From contig JAOPTT010000005.1 in assembly GCA_051531975.1 (NCBI GenBank), positions 192,001 to 256,000 on the forward strand: a stretch of DNA of 64,000 bases, written 5' to 3'. The stretch is from Spirochaetaceae bacterium (GTDB lineage: Bacteria > Spirochaetota > Spirochaetia > DSM-2461). A program made the position numbers and the translations under genes. How positions within the stretch are numbered: position 1 is the first letter of the stretch; every line of letters starts with the position of its first letter. Below the pieces are notes generated by a model. That model was given only the letters and a program-made list of their open reading frames with translations. It was not told where the DNA came from and did not search any database. Positions 48,533 through 59,365 of this stretch are shown here, in pieces.

Positions 48533-51500
48533 TTAAAAGTCAAATTTATCTTTCAACTTATATGAGTTTTTAATAATACAATCCTCATTTGACTGTGTCA
48601 TTGAAACTATAAAAGCCTCTTTGTTAACTGGCAGTTGTATATACTTGGCATTTTTAGGAATAGATAACTTTGTAGAGTATAAATATCCATATTCATATGG
48701 TCTATCTTCACCATTTTTATGAGTATGGTTTGAATACCACTCTAAACGCTGCCTATTTATATATCCCGGATTTATTCCAGTACATTTTTTAAGCCAAGCG
48801 TAGTCACTTCTTAATTTAGGAAGATGTTTAGGCTGAGAAGACCACTCTCTTCTATCCCACTGTCCAACAAAGTCTGTTAAAGATGAAAATATTAGATCAT
48901 TACTCTCTATTTGTTCTGAATTCTCATCTAGCCAGACAATTGATTCAACTGATCTGCTATTTGCACCACCTAATATGGATAGAGTATTATACCCTTCAGA
49001 CAGGTTTAACTTCTGAGAATTACAGCTAAGGGCATTCAATTCTTTATTTTCTGCTATATAAAATGTTATATCTCCAGATTCAACTAAGCCAGAAATAGAT
49101 TCCCGAGGCAGTATTGATTCTGTGTTAACACCGTTTTCACTAAAAAGAGAGTGATTATATGGCAGTTTTAATGTTTGTTGAGGTATAATTTTTGTAGCAA
49201 CCTCACTTTCATATCTGATAAAGTAAGATTTGATACCATTAGCTGGAATTTCAACATCCAGACTATTTTTACTGAAACTTATCTGTTCCTGTTTCTCTTC
49301 TAAACCATTTACTGTATATACTTCATTTATATCCTGGTTAAATGAGAGAGTTCCAATATTAGCCGAACCACTTCTTTCGTATAAACGAACAATAATACCC
49401 TCTAAATCTTCAGCTCTTTTAATTGATAAAATACCAATGTGTTCTGATTTAAGTTTAAAAGGTTTTATTACACTCTCTTTTGAACTGTTTTCACTGTCCT
49501 GGACTATAAATGGTCTAGTAGGTGTATTAAAAGATTTAGCAATTACATCTGTGCCTTTCCAGTCACCACTATGTCCATGAATAGCGTATCGGATTGTATG
49601 TTCGCCATGATCATGGGTCCTCTGATCCCAAAAACCATTAATATAATGAATTGCAGGAGTATATAACAGTGTCATTCTAATTGTATCCGCCATAGGATGA
49701 TCGTAACCATATTTACAATCTTCAATTATGGATATTCCCCAATTCTTTTTAGAGTTCATATCTACCCAGTTTCTAGAAGGTACTTCGTACTGTTTTTTAT
49801 TGTTGATTCCTCTATTAATTCTGGATGTCTCCCAGTTATAGGTCATTTCTGAATCATCCATATTTCCAGTTAATGCGAGTTTCAGAGAACAACCTTTTTC
49901 GTGCCAATCTATTCTCTCTATAAATTCTACAGTGTTTGATTCTGCAGATAGAGATATCTCTTTAATAAACTTGGATTTACTTACAATTGTTGTTATCTCA
50001 ATAGTTGTTTTAATAGGTCCGTGCTCTAATACTTTTACAGAACCCCCGGATTCAATACGTTTAAAAGGCTTCTTTTTTCGGTCCTTCCAATCCATATTCC
50101 ATGCAGGGAATTGTAAAGGTCTCTCTTTTTGGAATTCATATGCCAAAGGTTTTTTTAGTAGCTCTTTGTTAATTGTCTTCTCGAAAATTGATTTCACTTT
50201 TCCGTTGTTCTCTATAACTACTTTATAGAAACTATTTTCAATAATATGTGAATTTGATTCTAACTTTAAAGTCACTAACTCTTTTGGTTTTTCACTATAT
50301 TTATCTATGGAAAACTTTGACCAGCTTAATGCTTCAAGCTTTGGGGCGAAAGTAACTATTGTTTGATTATTGTCATCTATTTTAAGTTGTCCAACATATT
50401 CATTGTTATCTATGTCTTTTATTAATACATACTTGTGGTTTAAATATTGTGTATCAGTGTGTAAAATAAACTCTACAGCATCTATTCTAGATTCACTATG
50501 AGGATTAAAAAGTAGAAGTTCACCACTACCTGATAAATTAGAAGCGATAGCTTTTGCACTGTCCTCTATAATAGAAGTCCATGTATTCAGCGCAATAACT
50601 TCATCGTTATGGGAGAACTCATAGGCTGTTGGTGTTGATGTTCCAGGAAGTATATCGTGCATTTGACTTGCAATTATTCTACTCCAACTTTTTTTAATTT
50701 TCTCTTTAGGGTAGGGTAGACCTGCATGGTATAGCGCTGTAACAGCTGCTAATTCAGCAATGTATGCAAGTTGCTCATTTTTTCTATTCCATCTCTTCAT
50801 TATTCCAGCAGAAGTTATAGTTCCTGCACTATGCTGAGTTAATAAAAAATCCCCTTGGTAGCTGTCCATTTTTGATCGTTCTACATCAGTTATATTATCA
50901 AAAAACTGTTCTGCAGAACCCTGTTTAACTGTTATGCCACCCTTTTTCTTAGCATAGTGTTTAATGCTAGACAGTGCTCTTTTAACTGAGCCTTCAGTAG
51001 GTGAACCACCAATATCTCCAACACCGTAGTATTGAAAAGATTTCCATATACCGGACTTTTTACCTAGTTTTTTTAACCTAGCTAATCTACCAGGATTAAG
51101 GAATATAGGTAAATCCATATGGGAGTCATATCTACATGGGTTTAATGCACTAACTACTTCGCTGCCGTCAGGACCTCTCCATTTTCCAATTTCAAATGGA
51201 ATTCCTACTGCAGAACCCCAGGTTAGTTTATTACTTGAAAATCCGTTTATTCCACAATGTGACATAACTGTCGGCATATTTTCAGGGAAACCAAAACAGT
51301 CTGGAATCATATAATCCCGGCTACTTTTACCAAATTCATCCTTTTGCCATCTATCACCATAAAGTATATTACGGATCATAGACTCTACAGATGGGACCAG
51401 AACGTCAGTTTCATCTAGACAAGTTCCAGCTAAGTGCCATCTTTCCTGATCTATATACTTTTTAGCTTCTTTAAACAGATCAGGGAAATAATCCCTCATC

Positions 51501-51682
51501 ATTTCGTATCTTAAAGCCCCTGTAAAGTTAAATTGGTGGTCAGGATATCTTTTAAAAAGGTTTATACTCTCTTCTAATGTCTTTTTCAGATACTTTTTAA
51601 TAGTAGTTGGATATTCCCATCTCCACTGTGTATCTAGGTGGGAATATGGTACTAAAAATATCTCTTTATAGGTGTCTTTCAT
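48533..51682 (-). CDS. Alpha-mannosidase (GH38)
   Basis: SHLDTQWRW, PDCFG, YGVGDIGG, QMHDILPG. Confidence 0.9.
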   Translation of the reverse strand: MKDTYKEIFLVPYSHLDTQWRWEYPTTIKKYLKKTLEESINLFKRYPDHQFNFTGALRYEMMRDYFPDLFKEAKKYIDQERWHLAGTCLDETDVLVPSVESMIRNILYGDRWQKDEFGKSSRDYMIPDCFGFPENMPTVMSHCGINGFSSNKLTWGSAVGIPFEIGKWRGPDGSEVVSALNPCRYDSHMDLPIFLNPGRLARLKKLGKKSGIWKSFQYYGVGDIGGSPTEGSVKRALSSIKHYAKKKGGITVKQGSAEQFFDNITDVERSKMDSYQGDFLLTQHSAGTITSAGIMKRWNRKNEQLAYIAELAAVTALYHAGLPYPKEKIKKSWSRIIASQMHDILPGTSTPTAYEFSHNDEVIALNTWTSIIEDSAKAIASNLSGSGELLLFNPHSESRIDAVEFILHTDTQYLNHKYVLIKDIDNNEYVGQLKIDDNNQTIVTFAPKLEALSWSKFSIDKYSEKPKELVTLKLESNSHIIENSFYKVVIENNGKVKSIFEKTINKELLKKPLAYEFQKERPLQFPAWNMDWKDRKKKPFKRIESGGSVKVLEHGPIKTTIEITTIVSKSKFIKEISLSAESNTVEFIERIDWHEKGCSLKLALTGNMDDSEMTYNWETSRINRGINNKKQYEVPSRNWVDMNSKKNWGISIIEDCKYGYDHPMADTIRMTLLYTPAIHYINGFWDQRTHDHGEHTIRYAIHGHSGDWKGTDVIAKSFNTPTRPFIVQDSENSSKESVIKPFKLKSEHIGILSIKRAEDLEGIIVRLYERSGSANIGTLSFNQDINEVYTVNGLEEKQEQISFSKNSLDVEIPANGIKSYFIRYESEVATKIIPQQTLKLPYNHSLFSENGVNTESILPRESISGLVESGDITFYIAENKELNALSCNSQKLNLSEGYNTLSILGGANSRSVESIVWLDENSEQIESNDLIFSSLTDFVGQWDRREWSSQPKHLPKLRSDYAWLKKCTGINPGYINRQRLEWYSNHTHKNGEDRPYEYGYLYSTKLSIPKNAKYIQLPVNKEAFIVSMTQSNEDCIIKNSYKLKDKFDF

Positions 51683-51692
51683 ATATATCCTT

Positions 51693-54626
51693 TTAATCTA
51701 AGTTTATTTTTAATGTTTTTACTTCAAATGCACTGAAGTTTAATGTTAATTCTGATTCTTTTGTTAATAGTTCCGGGTTATCTTCCACCATGTTAGTTTC
51801 ATAAATTCCATTTGTTGGTTTTTTTATAGTCAACTTACAGCTTTCTTCTAAACCATTTCTTTCATATAGTCGTAATATTAAATTATTAGAATCTTCACTC
51901 TCTTTAACTGTAGAGTAGGTGATACTGTTATTGGACAGTGTAAAAAGATTGTTAATTATGGTTTCTCCATCTTTATACACAGGTAACCAGCTGTTAAAAT
52001 TCATAGCTCTATTATCAACTTTAGCCTCTGTTACATTTCCATTATGAACATATAGACCATATTTGATCTCATGTTTACCTATGTCTCCACTTTTACATGG
52101 ATAATTTGTTGACTTAATTAGGTTTAGATCCAAAATACTGTTTTTTGTTTTAAAGCCGTATTTACTATCAGTTATTATAGAAGCTCCCCAATCTTTATTA
52201 CTCATATCAACCCAGTTATGCCCACAAGCTTCGTATTGAGCTCTCTCCTGTTTTGTATCATTTTTAGTTGATCTTGAAATATTACCAAATTGAATATCAA
52301 ACACAGCTTTATCAGTTTTTAGAGTAAGAGGGAATGATGTTCTTAACATTCGTCTTATATTTTGCCAGTCTACATCTAAAACAAAATCGATCTGTCTGCT
52401 ATCTGGTTTTAACCTAATTTTTTGAGTTAATCTGCTTTTACCATATTTATAATGTTGAACTATCTCTTGTACAGTTCCGTAATTAAACTCTTCACTTTTA
52501 ACTAACTTCATTTTATATGTTGGAAGGATTTTATAGAACTTAAAAATATCCCAGGCACTTGCGATATCTGTATATACTTTGAAAGAGTTCCCAGGAGCTC
52601 TTAAAACTTCTCTGTTAAACTCTTTATCGAAGATAGATTTTATTGAACCATCTCTTTTAAAGTTTACTTTGATAAAATTGTTTTCCATTACTCTTACAGA
52701 TTTTCTTAAAGATTTTTTATAAGCGACTTTATCAATAATGTTTGAGGAGAGTGGTGAGATTGTTAAACTCTGATATTCACTGTCTGAGTATCTATCAACA
52801 ACAGACTCTTCAGCTAGTGGATTATAAACTTTTATATCGTCTATATTTATTATATCCTTATCGTCTAATATTTTTGTTCCAAGCACAGTGGAAGTTATCT
52901 CTTCTAATCTTTTATCAAGGATCTCATACTTATATATACATTCATCATAAACTCTTTTAATAGAAGAACCAGGTAGTATGTCGTGGAACTGATATAACAA
53001 TACTTCCTGCCAAATCTCCCTTATCTCATTTTTATATATATTGTAACTATCCATTTGAATTAATAGGGTTTCCACAGTTTTTAATCTGTTTTCAAGTTTT
53101 CTGTTATAATATTTAACTCTACTTTGTGATGTATAAGTACCTCTATGTTTCTCTAGGTATAACTCACCAGCAAATGATGGAAATTTATCCTTAATATCCT
53201 TCAATTTATGAAAAAAGTCCCTGGAAGTTTCAATTTTAACCTTAGGCATTGGAGATGTTCCATTTAATCTTTTTATTCTCTCTAAGTGGCTTGCTGCAGG
53301 TCCTCCACCACCATTACCAACACCAAATAGACTAAGTGTTTTTTGTGATATAGCTTTTTCCTTATAATTTTCTTTTGATTTTAAAAGATATTTTACATTT
53401 GCAGGACTATTATATTCCCCTTCTGGAGGCATGTGTGAAAATACTGTAGAACCATCAATTCCTTCCCAGTTAAAAGTATGATGAGGAAATTTATTTGTAT
53501 CGTTCCAGGACAATTTTATTGTCATAAAATAGTCTAAACCAGATTTTTTAATAATTTGAGGCATATTTCCTGAATATCCAAAAACATCTGGTAGCCATAA
53601 TGAATTTACCTTTATATCAAACTCATCCTGGAAATATTTAACTCCATATAACATTTGACGAACCAGGGCCTCTTCTCCCGATACATTAGTATCTGCTTCT
53701 ACCCACATTCCACCTTGAACTTCCCATCTGCCTTCTTTTACTCTCTGTTTAACTTCTTCGTAAAGTGATGGGTGTTGTTCTTTAATCCATTTATATAGTT
53801 GAGGTTGACTGGCACCAAATTTATAATCTGGGTATTCATCCATTAATCTAAGTGCGTTGGCAAATGTTCTAGCACCTTTTCTATATGTCTCTCGAATTGG
53901 CCATAACCATGCCAGATCCAGATGGGCGTGACCTATAGAACTAATTTCATGATTATCTTTGCTTTTAGTTTTTAATAGATCCTGTGTAATACTTAGTGAA
54001 TCTTTGATCCAATTTGAATTAGATAATCTATTTATTTTATTCAGACCTTTGTTATATTTCTTATAAGCTGACTTATCCCTAGTCCTCGAAGCGTTTTTTA
54101 ATGGAACTAAAGATTTCAGATCATAATAAAGTGTTCTTGCATCAAGATCTCTTGTAACTATTTCTACAGTTTCGATACGGCCTTTTCTTTTTACTTTCCC
54201 AAAAAGGTCGTTCATACCAGCATCTAACCACAGATCAATATTTCCATCTGAAGATATAAAGTCATTAATAGGGAAGTATCTTTTTGCAGGAGATCCTAGG
54301 GAGCCTATAAAACCAAAAGTTGAACTTCCATTAGTGAATCCTTTAAGAGGTTTACCATTTGTATCAAATAGTAGGGCTTCACAGTTCATATCCAGTTTCA
54401 GATATAAAGTTTGTTCTGTTTTAACATTAACTTTTCCTGTTAAATGAAACCATCCACATGAAAATAGTCTTCCCCATGTATCACCAATTTTATACTCAGT
54501 ATAATTTAGTTGTTTACGTTCTAAAAATGGAACAGGTTCTTCTGTTATTGCTCCAGATATATTTAAATCTAATATTTTTGTATCAATTAATTGTTTTGCC
54601 CTGCTGATAATTTTTAAAAATTGCAT
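51693..54626 (-). CDS. Alpha-mannosidase (GH38)
   Basis: GHAHLDLAWLWP, WLPDVFGYS, GELYLEKHRGTYTSQ, QFHDILPGSS. Confidence 0.92.
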   Translation of the reverse strand: MQFLKIISRAKQLIDTKILDLNISGAITEEPVPFLERKQLNYTEYKIGDTWGRLFSCGWFHLTGKVNVKTEQTLYLKLDMNCEALLFDTNGKPLKGFTNGSSTFGFIGSLGSPAKRYFPINDFISSDGNIDLWLDAGMNDLFGKVKRKGRIETVEIVTRDLDARTLYYDLKSLVPLKNASRTRDKSAYKKYNKGLNKINRLSNSNWIKDSLSITQDLLKTKSKDNHEISSIGHAHLDLAWLWPIRETYRKGARTFANALRLMDEYPDYKFGASQPQLYKWIKEQHPSLYEEVKQRVKEGRWEVQGGMWVEADTNVSGEEALVRQMLYGVKYFQDEFDIKVNSLWLPDVFGYSGNMPQIIKKSGLDYFMTIKLSWNDTNKFPHHTFNWEGIDGSTVFSHMPPEGEYNSPANVKYLLKSKENYKEKAISQKTLSLFGVGNGGGGPAASHLERIKRLNGTSPMPKVKIETSRDFFHKLKDIKDKFPSFAGELYLEKHRGTYTSQSRVKYYNRKLENRLKTVETLLIQMDSYNIYKNEIREIWQEVLLYQFHDILPGSSIKRVYDECIYKYEILDKRLEEITSTVLGTKILDDKDIINIDDIKVYNPLAEESVVDRYSDSEYQSLTISPLSSNIIDKVAYKKSLRKSVRVMENNFIKVNFKRDGSIKSIFDKEFNREVLRAPGNSFKVYTDIASAWDIFKFYKILPTYKMKLVKSEEFNYGTVQEIVQHYKYGKSRLTQKIRLKPDSRQIDFVLDVDWQNIRRMLRTSFPLTLKTDKAVFDIQFGNISRSTKNDTKQERAQYEACGHNWVDMSNKDWGASIITDSKYGFKTKNSILDLNLIKSTNYPCKSGDIGKHEIKYGLYVHNGNVTEAKVDNRAMNFNSWLPVYKDGETIINNLFTLSNNSITYSTVKESEDSNNLILRLYERNGLEESCKLTIKKPTNGIYETNMVEDNPELLTKESELTLNFSAFEVKTLKINLD

Positions 54627-54644
54627 TAATAATCTCCAATGTTG

Positions 54645-54703
54645 TATGATATATCAAATAAGTCTTATTTGATATATCATATCATAACTAGTGGAGATGT
54701 CAA
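54645..54703 (-). promoter_or_regulatory. Promoter and double TGATATATCA operator of the GH38-GH38-GH2 operon
   Basis: Perfect 17-bp inverted repeat at 54645-54661 / 54665-54681; minus-strand TTGACA-N16-TATGAT. Confidence 0.75.
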
Positions 54704-54722
54704 TTGTAAAATTATATTACTT

Positions 54723-55868
54723 TTACTTTTTAGGTTTTCCTGTAGATTTTCTTATAAGAAGTTTAGCCTTAACAGTTTGTATATTAACTTCCATACCAGG
54801 GAATTGTATCTTTTTAAATAACTCTTCTGCAGCAAGATTTCCTATTTTGTAAACGGGTTGCTCTACAGTTGTTAAAGGTACAGGTAGATGGGACGAAAAT
54901 GGAAGGTTATCAAATCCTGTTATAGAGTAGTCTTCAGGGATCTTTATTCCTCTGCTAATAGCTGTTCTCATAATTACTTCAGCCATCTGGTCATTAACAG
55001 CAGTTATAGCTGTAGGCCTTTCAGAGGCTGGGATGGATTCGATAAAATCAATTATATAGTTACATTGTCTAACTTCAAGAGGCTCATCAGGGTGGTAATC
55101 TGATGGTACAGAGTTCAGATCCATATCTGTAAATAGGTGTTTCTTTTGAAGAGGTAAACCATGGCTAACATGGGCTTTGCAAAATCCGTTATATCTACTA
55201 AGTTCAGATGAGACATCGTAAACTGAAGTTCCTGCAAAAACTATTTTTGTATGTCCAAGCTCAATTAGATGGCTTGTTATTTCATAGGATCCCATTTCAT
55301 TATCTGCCCATACAAGAGGTGCATCGATACCATGGATTTTTTTATCCAATAAAACAAAAGGAAACTTATCTATTAATAAATTACTGTAAAGATCCATATT
55401 GTCACTATGTTCTACAGGATAAAGGATAATTCCATGTGATTGTTTTGCTACAAGATCCAAGATTATCTCTCTTTCTATTTTTGGATCATCCGAGGAGTTA
55501 TGAAAGGTTACAAGGTAGTTTTTTTTCTTGGCAACATCTTCAATACCTTTAAATATATCAAAAGAAAAATTCCCTTCAAATGGTAAAACTAGGGATATAA
55601 TCGATAATTTTGTGCCAGTTTCTATATTACTTTGTGAGGTTTTCCATATTTCTGAATCGTTAACATAGCTACCGCTACCTTTAATTCTTCTAATATAATT
55701 ACCTTGTTCAAGCTCCTTTAAAGCTCTAGTAACTGTAATTCTGCTAACATTAAAATTTTTAGATATTTCCATTTCAGTAGGTAGTCGATGATCTTTTTGG
55801 AATTCACCTGACTTTATTTTACTAAATATATCTTTATATATTATTACATATAGTGGTTCTTTACTCAT
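54723..55868 (-). CDS. GntR-HTH / LacI-sensor chimeric repressor (AraR-like)
   Basis: LPTEMEI...VSRITVTRAL...GSGSYV, plus a periplasmic-binding-like domain (AVND, SITGFDN, LTTVEQP). Confidence 0.9.
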   Translation of the reverse strand: MSKEPLYVIIYKDIFSKIKSGEFQKDHRLPTEMEISKNFNVSRITVTRALKELEQGNYIRRIKGSGSYVNDSEIWKTSQSNIETGTKLSIISLVLPFEGNFSFDIFKGIEDVAKKKNYLVTFHNSSDDPKIEREIILDLVAKQSHGIILYPVEHSDNMDLYSNLLIDKFPFVLLDKKIHGIDAPLVWADNEMGSYEITSHLIELGHTKIVFAGTSVYDVSSELSRYNGFCKAHVSHGLPLQKKHLFTDMDLNSVPSDYHPDEPLEVRQCNYIIDFIESIPASERPTAITAVNDQMAEVIMRTAISRGIKIPEDYSITGFDNLPFSSHLPVPLTTVEQPVYKIGNLAAEELFKKIQFPGMEVNIQTVKAKLLIRKSTGKPKK

Positions 55869-55937
55869 ATTAGGATAATACCATATTAAATAATTAATGA
55901 CATCAAAATAAAAAAAATTACTTTAATTCTTGTATAT

Positions 55938-56051
55938 TGATATATCATAGGGTGTAAAATATCTGTTTTTTAACAAAATTGAGAATGTTTCATGCAGTGT
56001 TTCTAGCATGAAATATCTTGACAATAGAGTTTTTCATGATATGATATATCA
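55938..56051. promoter_or_regulatory. Two more TGATATATCA boxes and the GH78 promoter
   Basis: Boxes at 55938-55947 and 56042-56051; TTGACA(56018)-N16-TATGAT overlaps the second. Confidence 0.75.
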
Positions 56052-56099
56052 ATTAAAACCTTTTATGCTATGACAACTTGGATTAAATGAGGATAAGTA

Positions 56100-58424
56100 A
56101 TGATAAAAAGAAATTGTGATTTTACAAATGCTAAATGGATTGGGAAGAAGTATCACAGTATAAAACACAGTAGAAAAAAAGAGGAATCAATAATACATCA
56201 CTCAAACTCTATTCTAAGAAGGTTTTTTGATAAATCTCTTGGAAACCTAGGGTTTCAAAACCGTGAATTTGTAGAGGCTCCTTTTTTCAGAAAAGTGATA
56301 AATGTTAATAATATCAAATCAGCTAAGGTAAGCATTACAGGGTTAGGTTATTTTGAGTTATATATAAATGGTCAAAAAGTTGGAGACGATATTTTATCTC
56401 CACCTTTTAGCCAGTACGAGAAGACAACTTACTATCTCAGTTACGATATTAAGTCTTATCTTAAAGAGGGTGAAAATGTTTTTGGAGTAGTTCTTGGTAA
56501 TGGGATGTTTAATGTTCATCTAAATAATGCATGGAACTATGATACAACCCATTGGCGAAGTTTCCCTAAGTTTATATTAAGCGGTGTAATAGAAGCAGAT
56601 CGTAACATTAGTATCGTAAGTGATGATACCTGGAAAGTTACAACAGGTCCTATTATTAGTGATGATATATATGGGGGAGAAACCTACGATGCCCGTCTGG
56701 AACTATACGATTGGATGGATAGTTCAATAGATGATTCTAGTTGGGGTGATATAAAAATATATAGCTCTCCAACAGAGACATTAAAACCCTTGGATATGCC
56801 GCCTATGAAGATAATTAAGCAGATTAAACCTGTTAATTACTGGAAGATAGGTGATAAAAAGTGGGTATTTGATCTTGGTGTTAATACAACAGGATTTGTA
56901 CGGTTAAAATCTGCTGCAACTAAGGGAACTGAGGTGACCTTAACATATGCTGAAATGCTAAATGGAAAAGAACTGGATCGCAAAGCACTGCTTGAACATA
57001 CAGTAAAAAAAGACCATAAATACATACAAAAGGATAGGTATATATTTAAAGGTGAGGGTATGGAAGAGTGGCAACCCCGTTTTACCTACCACGGGTTCCA
57101 ATATGTAGAAGCCCATGGACTGGAAAGTGTAGATGAGTCTACTATTTTAGGCTTAGAAATACATACAGATCTAAAAGAAATTGGTGGTTTTAGCTGTTCT
57201 AATGAATTATTAAACAAGATATTTATAGCAGGAAATCAATCCAACTTAAACAATTTCCAAGGTCTACCTACAGATTGTCCTCATAGGGAGAAAAACGGTT
57301 GGACTGGGGATGTAAATCTATCAATCGATTATAATCTATTATGTTATGATTCTGAACATATCTTTAAAAAATGGTTAAATGATATTGCCGATAACCAGAA
57401 GAAAAATGGCCAGATTCCAGCAATTGCCCCTACAAGTGGTTGGGGATTTGATGGTTTTTCAGGACCAGCCTGGGACAGTGCTCTAATAATAATTCCTTGG
57501 CATATATTTCTTTATCGTGGTGATACAAAGTTCTTAGAATCTATGTATGAAACTATGAAAAAATATATGACATGGCAAACAGGTAAAGCAAAAAATGACA
57601 TTATAACCTATGGGCTTGGGGATTGGTGTTCACCTAACAGAGTTGCCCATAAACCAAAATGTCCTATTGCCATAACAAGTACCGGTTATCATTATGACTC
57701 AACAAAATTGATGGCAAAAATTGCAGAAGTTCTTGGCAGAAGTAAGGATGTTTTAAAGTATAAAGAACAAGCAGAAAGAATACATTCTGCATTTAATAAA
57801 AAGTTTGTAGACCGAGAAACTGGTTTTATAGAAGGTGACTGTCAGGCAAGCTATGCAGCAGCCCTATTTTTTGGTTTTATAAGTGACGATCTTACTCAAA
57901 AAGTTCTTGATAGGCTTATAGGACATGTTAAAGAGCAAAATTATCATCTTGATACTGGAATTCTAGGTACTAGATTTCTTTTAGATGTTTTAAGCCGGTA
58001 TGGTCGTGGGGATTTAGCATATAAAATCGCAACACAAACAGATTTTCCTAGTTGGGGACTTTGGATAGAGCAGGGTGCTACAACATTATGGGAGAACTGG
58101 AATGGAGAGCAATCTAGAAATCATAGAATGTTTGGAAGTATTAGTAGCTGGTTTCTTTGTAACTTAACAGGAATTCAGATGGATGATAAGTTCCCTGGTG
58201 GTAAAAAAGTTAATATCAGACCCGATTTTAATAACGATCTTACATGGGCAAAAGGATACACAGAAACTGATAGTGGGAAATTATCTGTTTACTGGCATCG
58301 AATTGAAAATAGGATCACTTTAAAAATAGATGCTCCCTCAGATGTTGATATTACAATCTACTTAGATAGTAGTTATGAATGTGAAATAGATTCAACATGC
58401 AAGTATGAGATTCTTTATATATAA
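56100..58424 (+). CDS. Alpha-L-rhamnosidase (GH78)
   Basis: GLGYFELYING, GETYDAR, FTYHGFQYVE, PTDCPHREKNGWTGD, GATTLWENW, SRNH. Confidence 0.92.
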   Translation: MIKRNCDFTNAKWIGKKYHSIKHSRKKEESIIHHSNSILRRFFDKSLGNLGFQNREFVEAPFFRKVINVNNIKSAKVSITGLGYFELYINGQKVGDDILSPPFSQYEKTTYYLSYDIKSYLKEGENVFGVVLGNGMFNVHLNNAWNYDTTHWRSFPKFILSGVIEADRNISIVSDDTWKVTTGPIISDDIYGGETYDARLELYDWMDSSIDDSSWGDIKIYSSPTETLKPLDMPPMKIIKQIKPVNYWKIGDKKWVFDLGVNTTGFVRLKSAATKGTEVTLTYAEMLNGKELDRKALLEHTVKKDHKYIQKDRYIFKGEGMEEWQPRFTYHGFQYVEAHGLESVDESTILGLEIHTDLKEIGGFSCSNELLNKIFIAGNQSNLNNFQGLPTDCPHREKNGWTGDVNLSIDYNLLCYDSEHIFKKWLNDIADNQKKNGQIPAIAPTSGWGFDGFSGPAWDSALIIIPWHIFLYRGDTKFLESMYETMKKYMTWQTGKAKNDIITYGLGDWCSPNRVAHKPKCPIAITSTGYHYDSTKLMAKIAEVLGRSKDVLKYKEQAERIHSAFNKKFVDRETGFIEGDCQASYAAALFFGFISDDLTQKVLDRLIGHVKEQNYHLDTGILGTRFLLDVLSRYGRGDLAYKIATQTDFPSWGLWIEQGATTLWENWNGEQSRNHRMFGSISSWFLCNLTGIQMDDKFPGGKKVNIRPDFNNDLTWAKGYTETDSGKLSVYWHRIENRITLKIDAPSDVDITIYLDSSYECEIDSTCKYEILYI

Positions 58425-58435
58425 GCTAAAAGGAT

Positions 58436-59284
58436 CTATCTCATAAGCTTAGACAGTACTGAATCCGGTACATCAAAGTCACCATCGCCAATACCTATCT
58501 CTATCTCTGGTCTATTATCACCGTGATAGTCTGATCCACCTGATGGGATAAAATCATACAGATCTAGAAAGTAATCTACTTGTACCATATCCTCAGTTGT
58601 AAATGTTGGATAATAACGTTCCATTCCATCTAAGCCAATGTTTTTAAGCTCTAATAGTCGTTGTTTCATTTCACTAAACGTATACCCCTGAAACCCTATG
58701 TTTTTGTTGTAATGTGCGAGAAAAGATTTTCCATGGCCTGCTTTAATTATCTTTATTGCCAGTTCAGGGGATAATAATTCACCCGTTTGGTAAGGGATCT
58801 TGTCAAGATATCTGGTCCATGCTTTCGATATATTCTGAACCCGCTTAGTTGCAACCAGCCATTTAGCTACAGCTTGCCGATCTAACCATTTACCGGTTTT
58901 AAAGGGTAGGAGTTGATCCATTTCTAAATGAAGACCTATTATATTTAAAGATTCTATTGTAAAAAACAGTTGGTTTTGTCTCTTTTCTTTAAATGTATTA
59001 TATAAGAGTAAAAAGTCGGGGATTTGTACATCTAGATCCAAACCTAATATGTGCAATAGTCGACCATTACCATTATCAACTGAAAATTCGATTCCATGAA
59101 TAAATGATATACCTAGTTTCTTCGCTTCTCTATCCGCTTCTTCAAGTCCATCAATAGTATCATGGTCAGTTAAAGCTACAGCAGTTAAGTTTCTAGCTTT
59201 TGCCATTTGTATTATCTGGGAAGGAGTAGCTGTTCCATCAGTAATATTTGAATGAACATGTAAGTCAATCATATTTATCTCCAA
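58436..59284 (-). CDS. PHP-domain phosphoesterase
   Basis: DLHVHS..DG, LTDHD, LAH, GGSDYHG. Confidence 0.9.
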   Translation of the reverse strand: MEINMIDLHVHSNITDGTATPSQIIQMAKARNLTAVALTDHDTIDGLEEADREAKKLGISFIHGIEFSVDNGNGRLLHILGLDLDVQIPDFLLLYNTFKEKRQNQLFFTIESLNIIGLHLEMDQLLPFKTGKWLDRQAVAKWLVATKRVQNISKAWTRYLDKIPYQTGELLSPELAIKIIKAGHGKSFLAHYNKNIGFQGYTFSEMKQRLLELKNIGLDGMERYYPTFTTEDMVQVDYFLDLYDFIPSGGSDYHGDNRPEIEIGIGDGDFDVPDSVLSKLMR

Positions 59285-59365
59285 TTATCTCTCTAGCAAA
59301 ATACTGTGTGATCACATAATATAAAATGAGCGGAGCAATTGTAGAAGTTTATTTAAAGGTATTTA

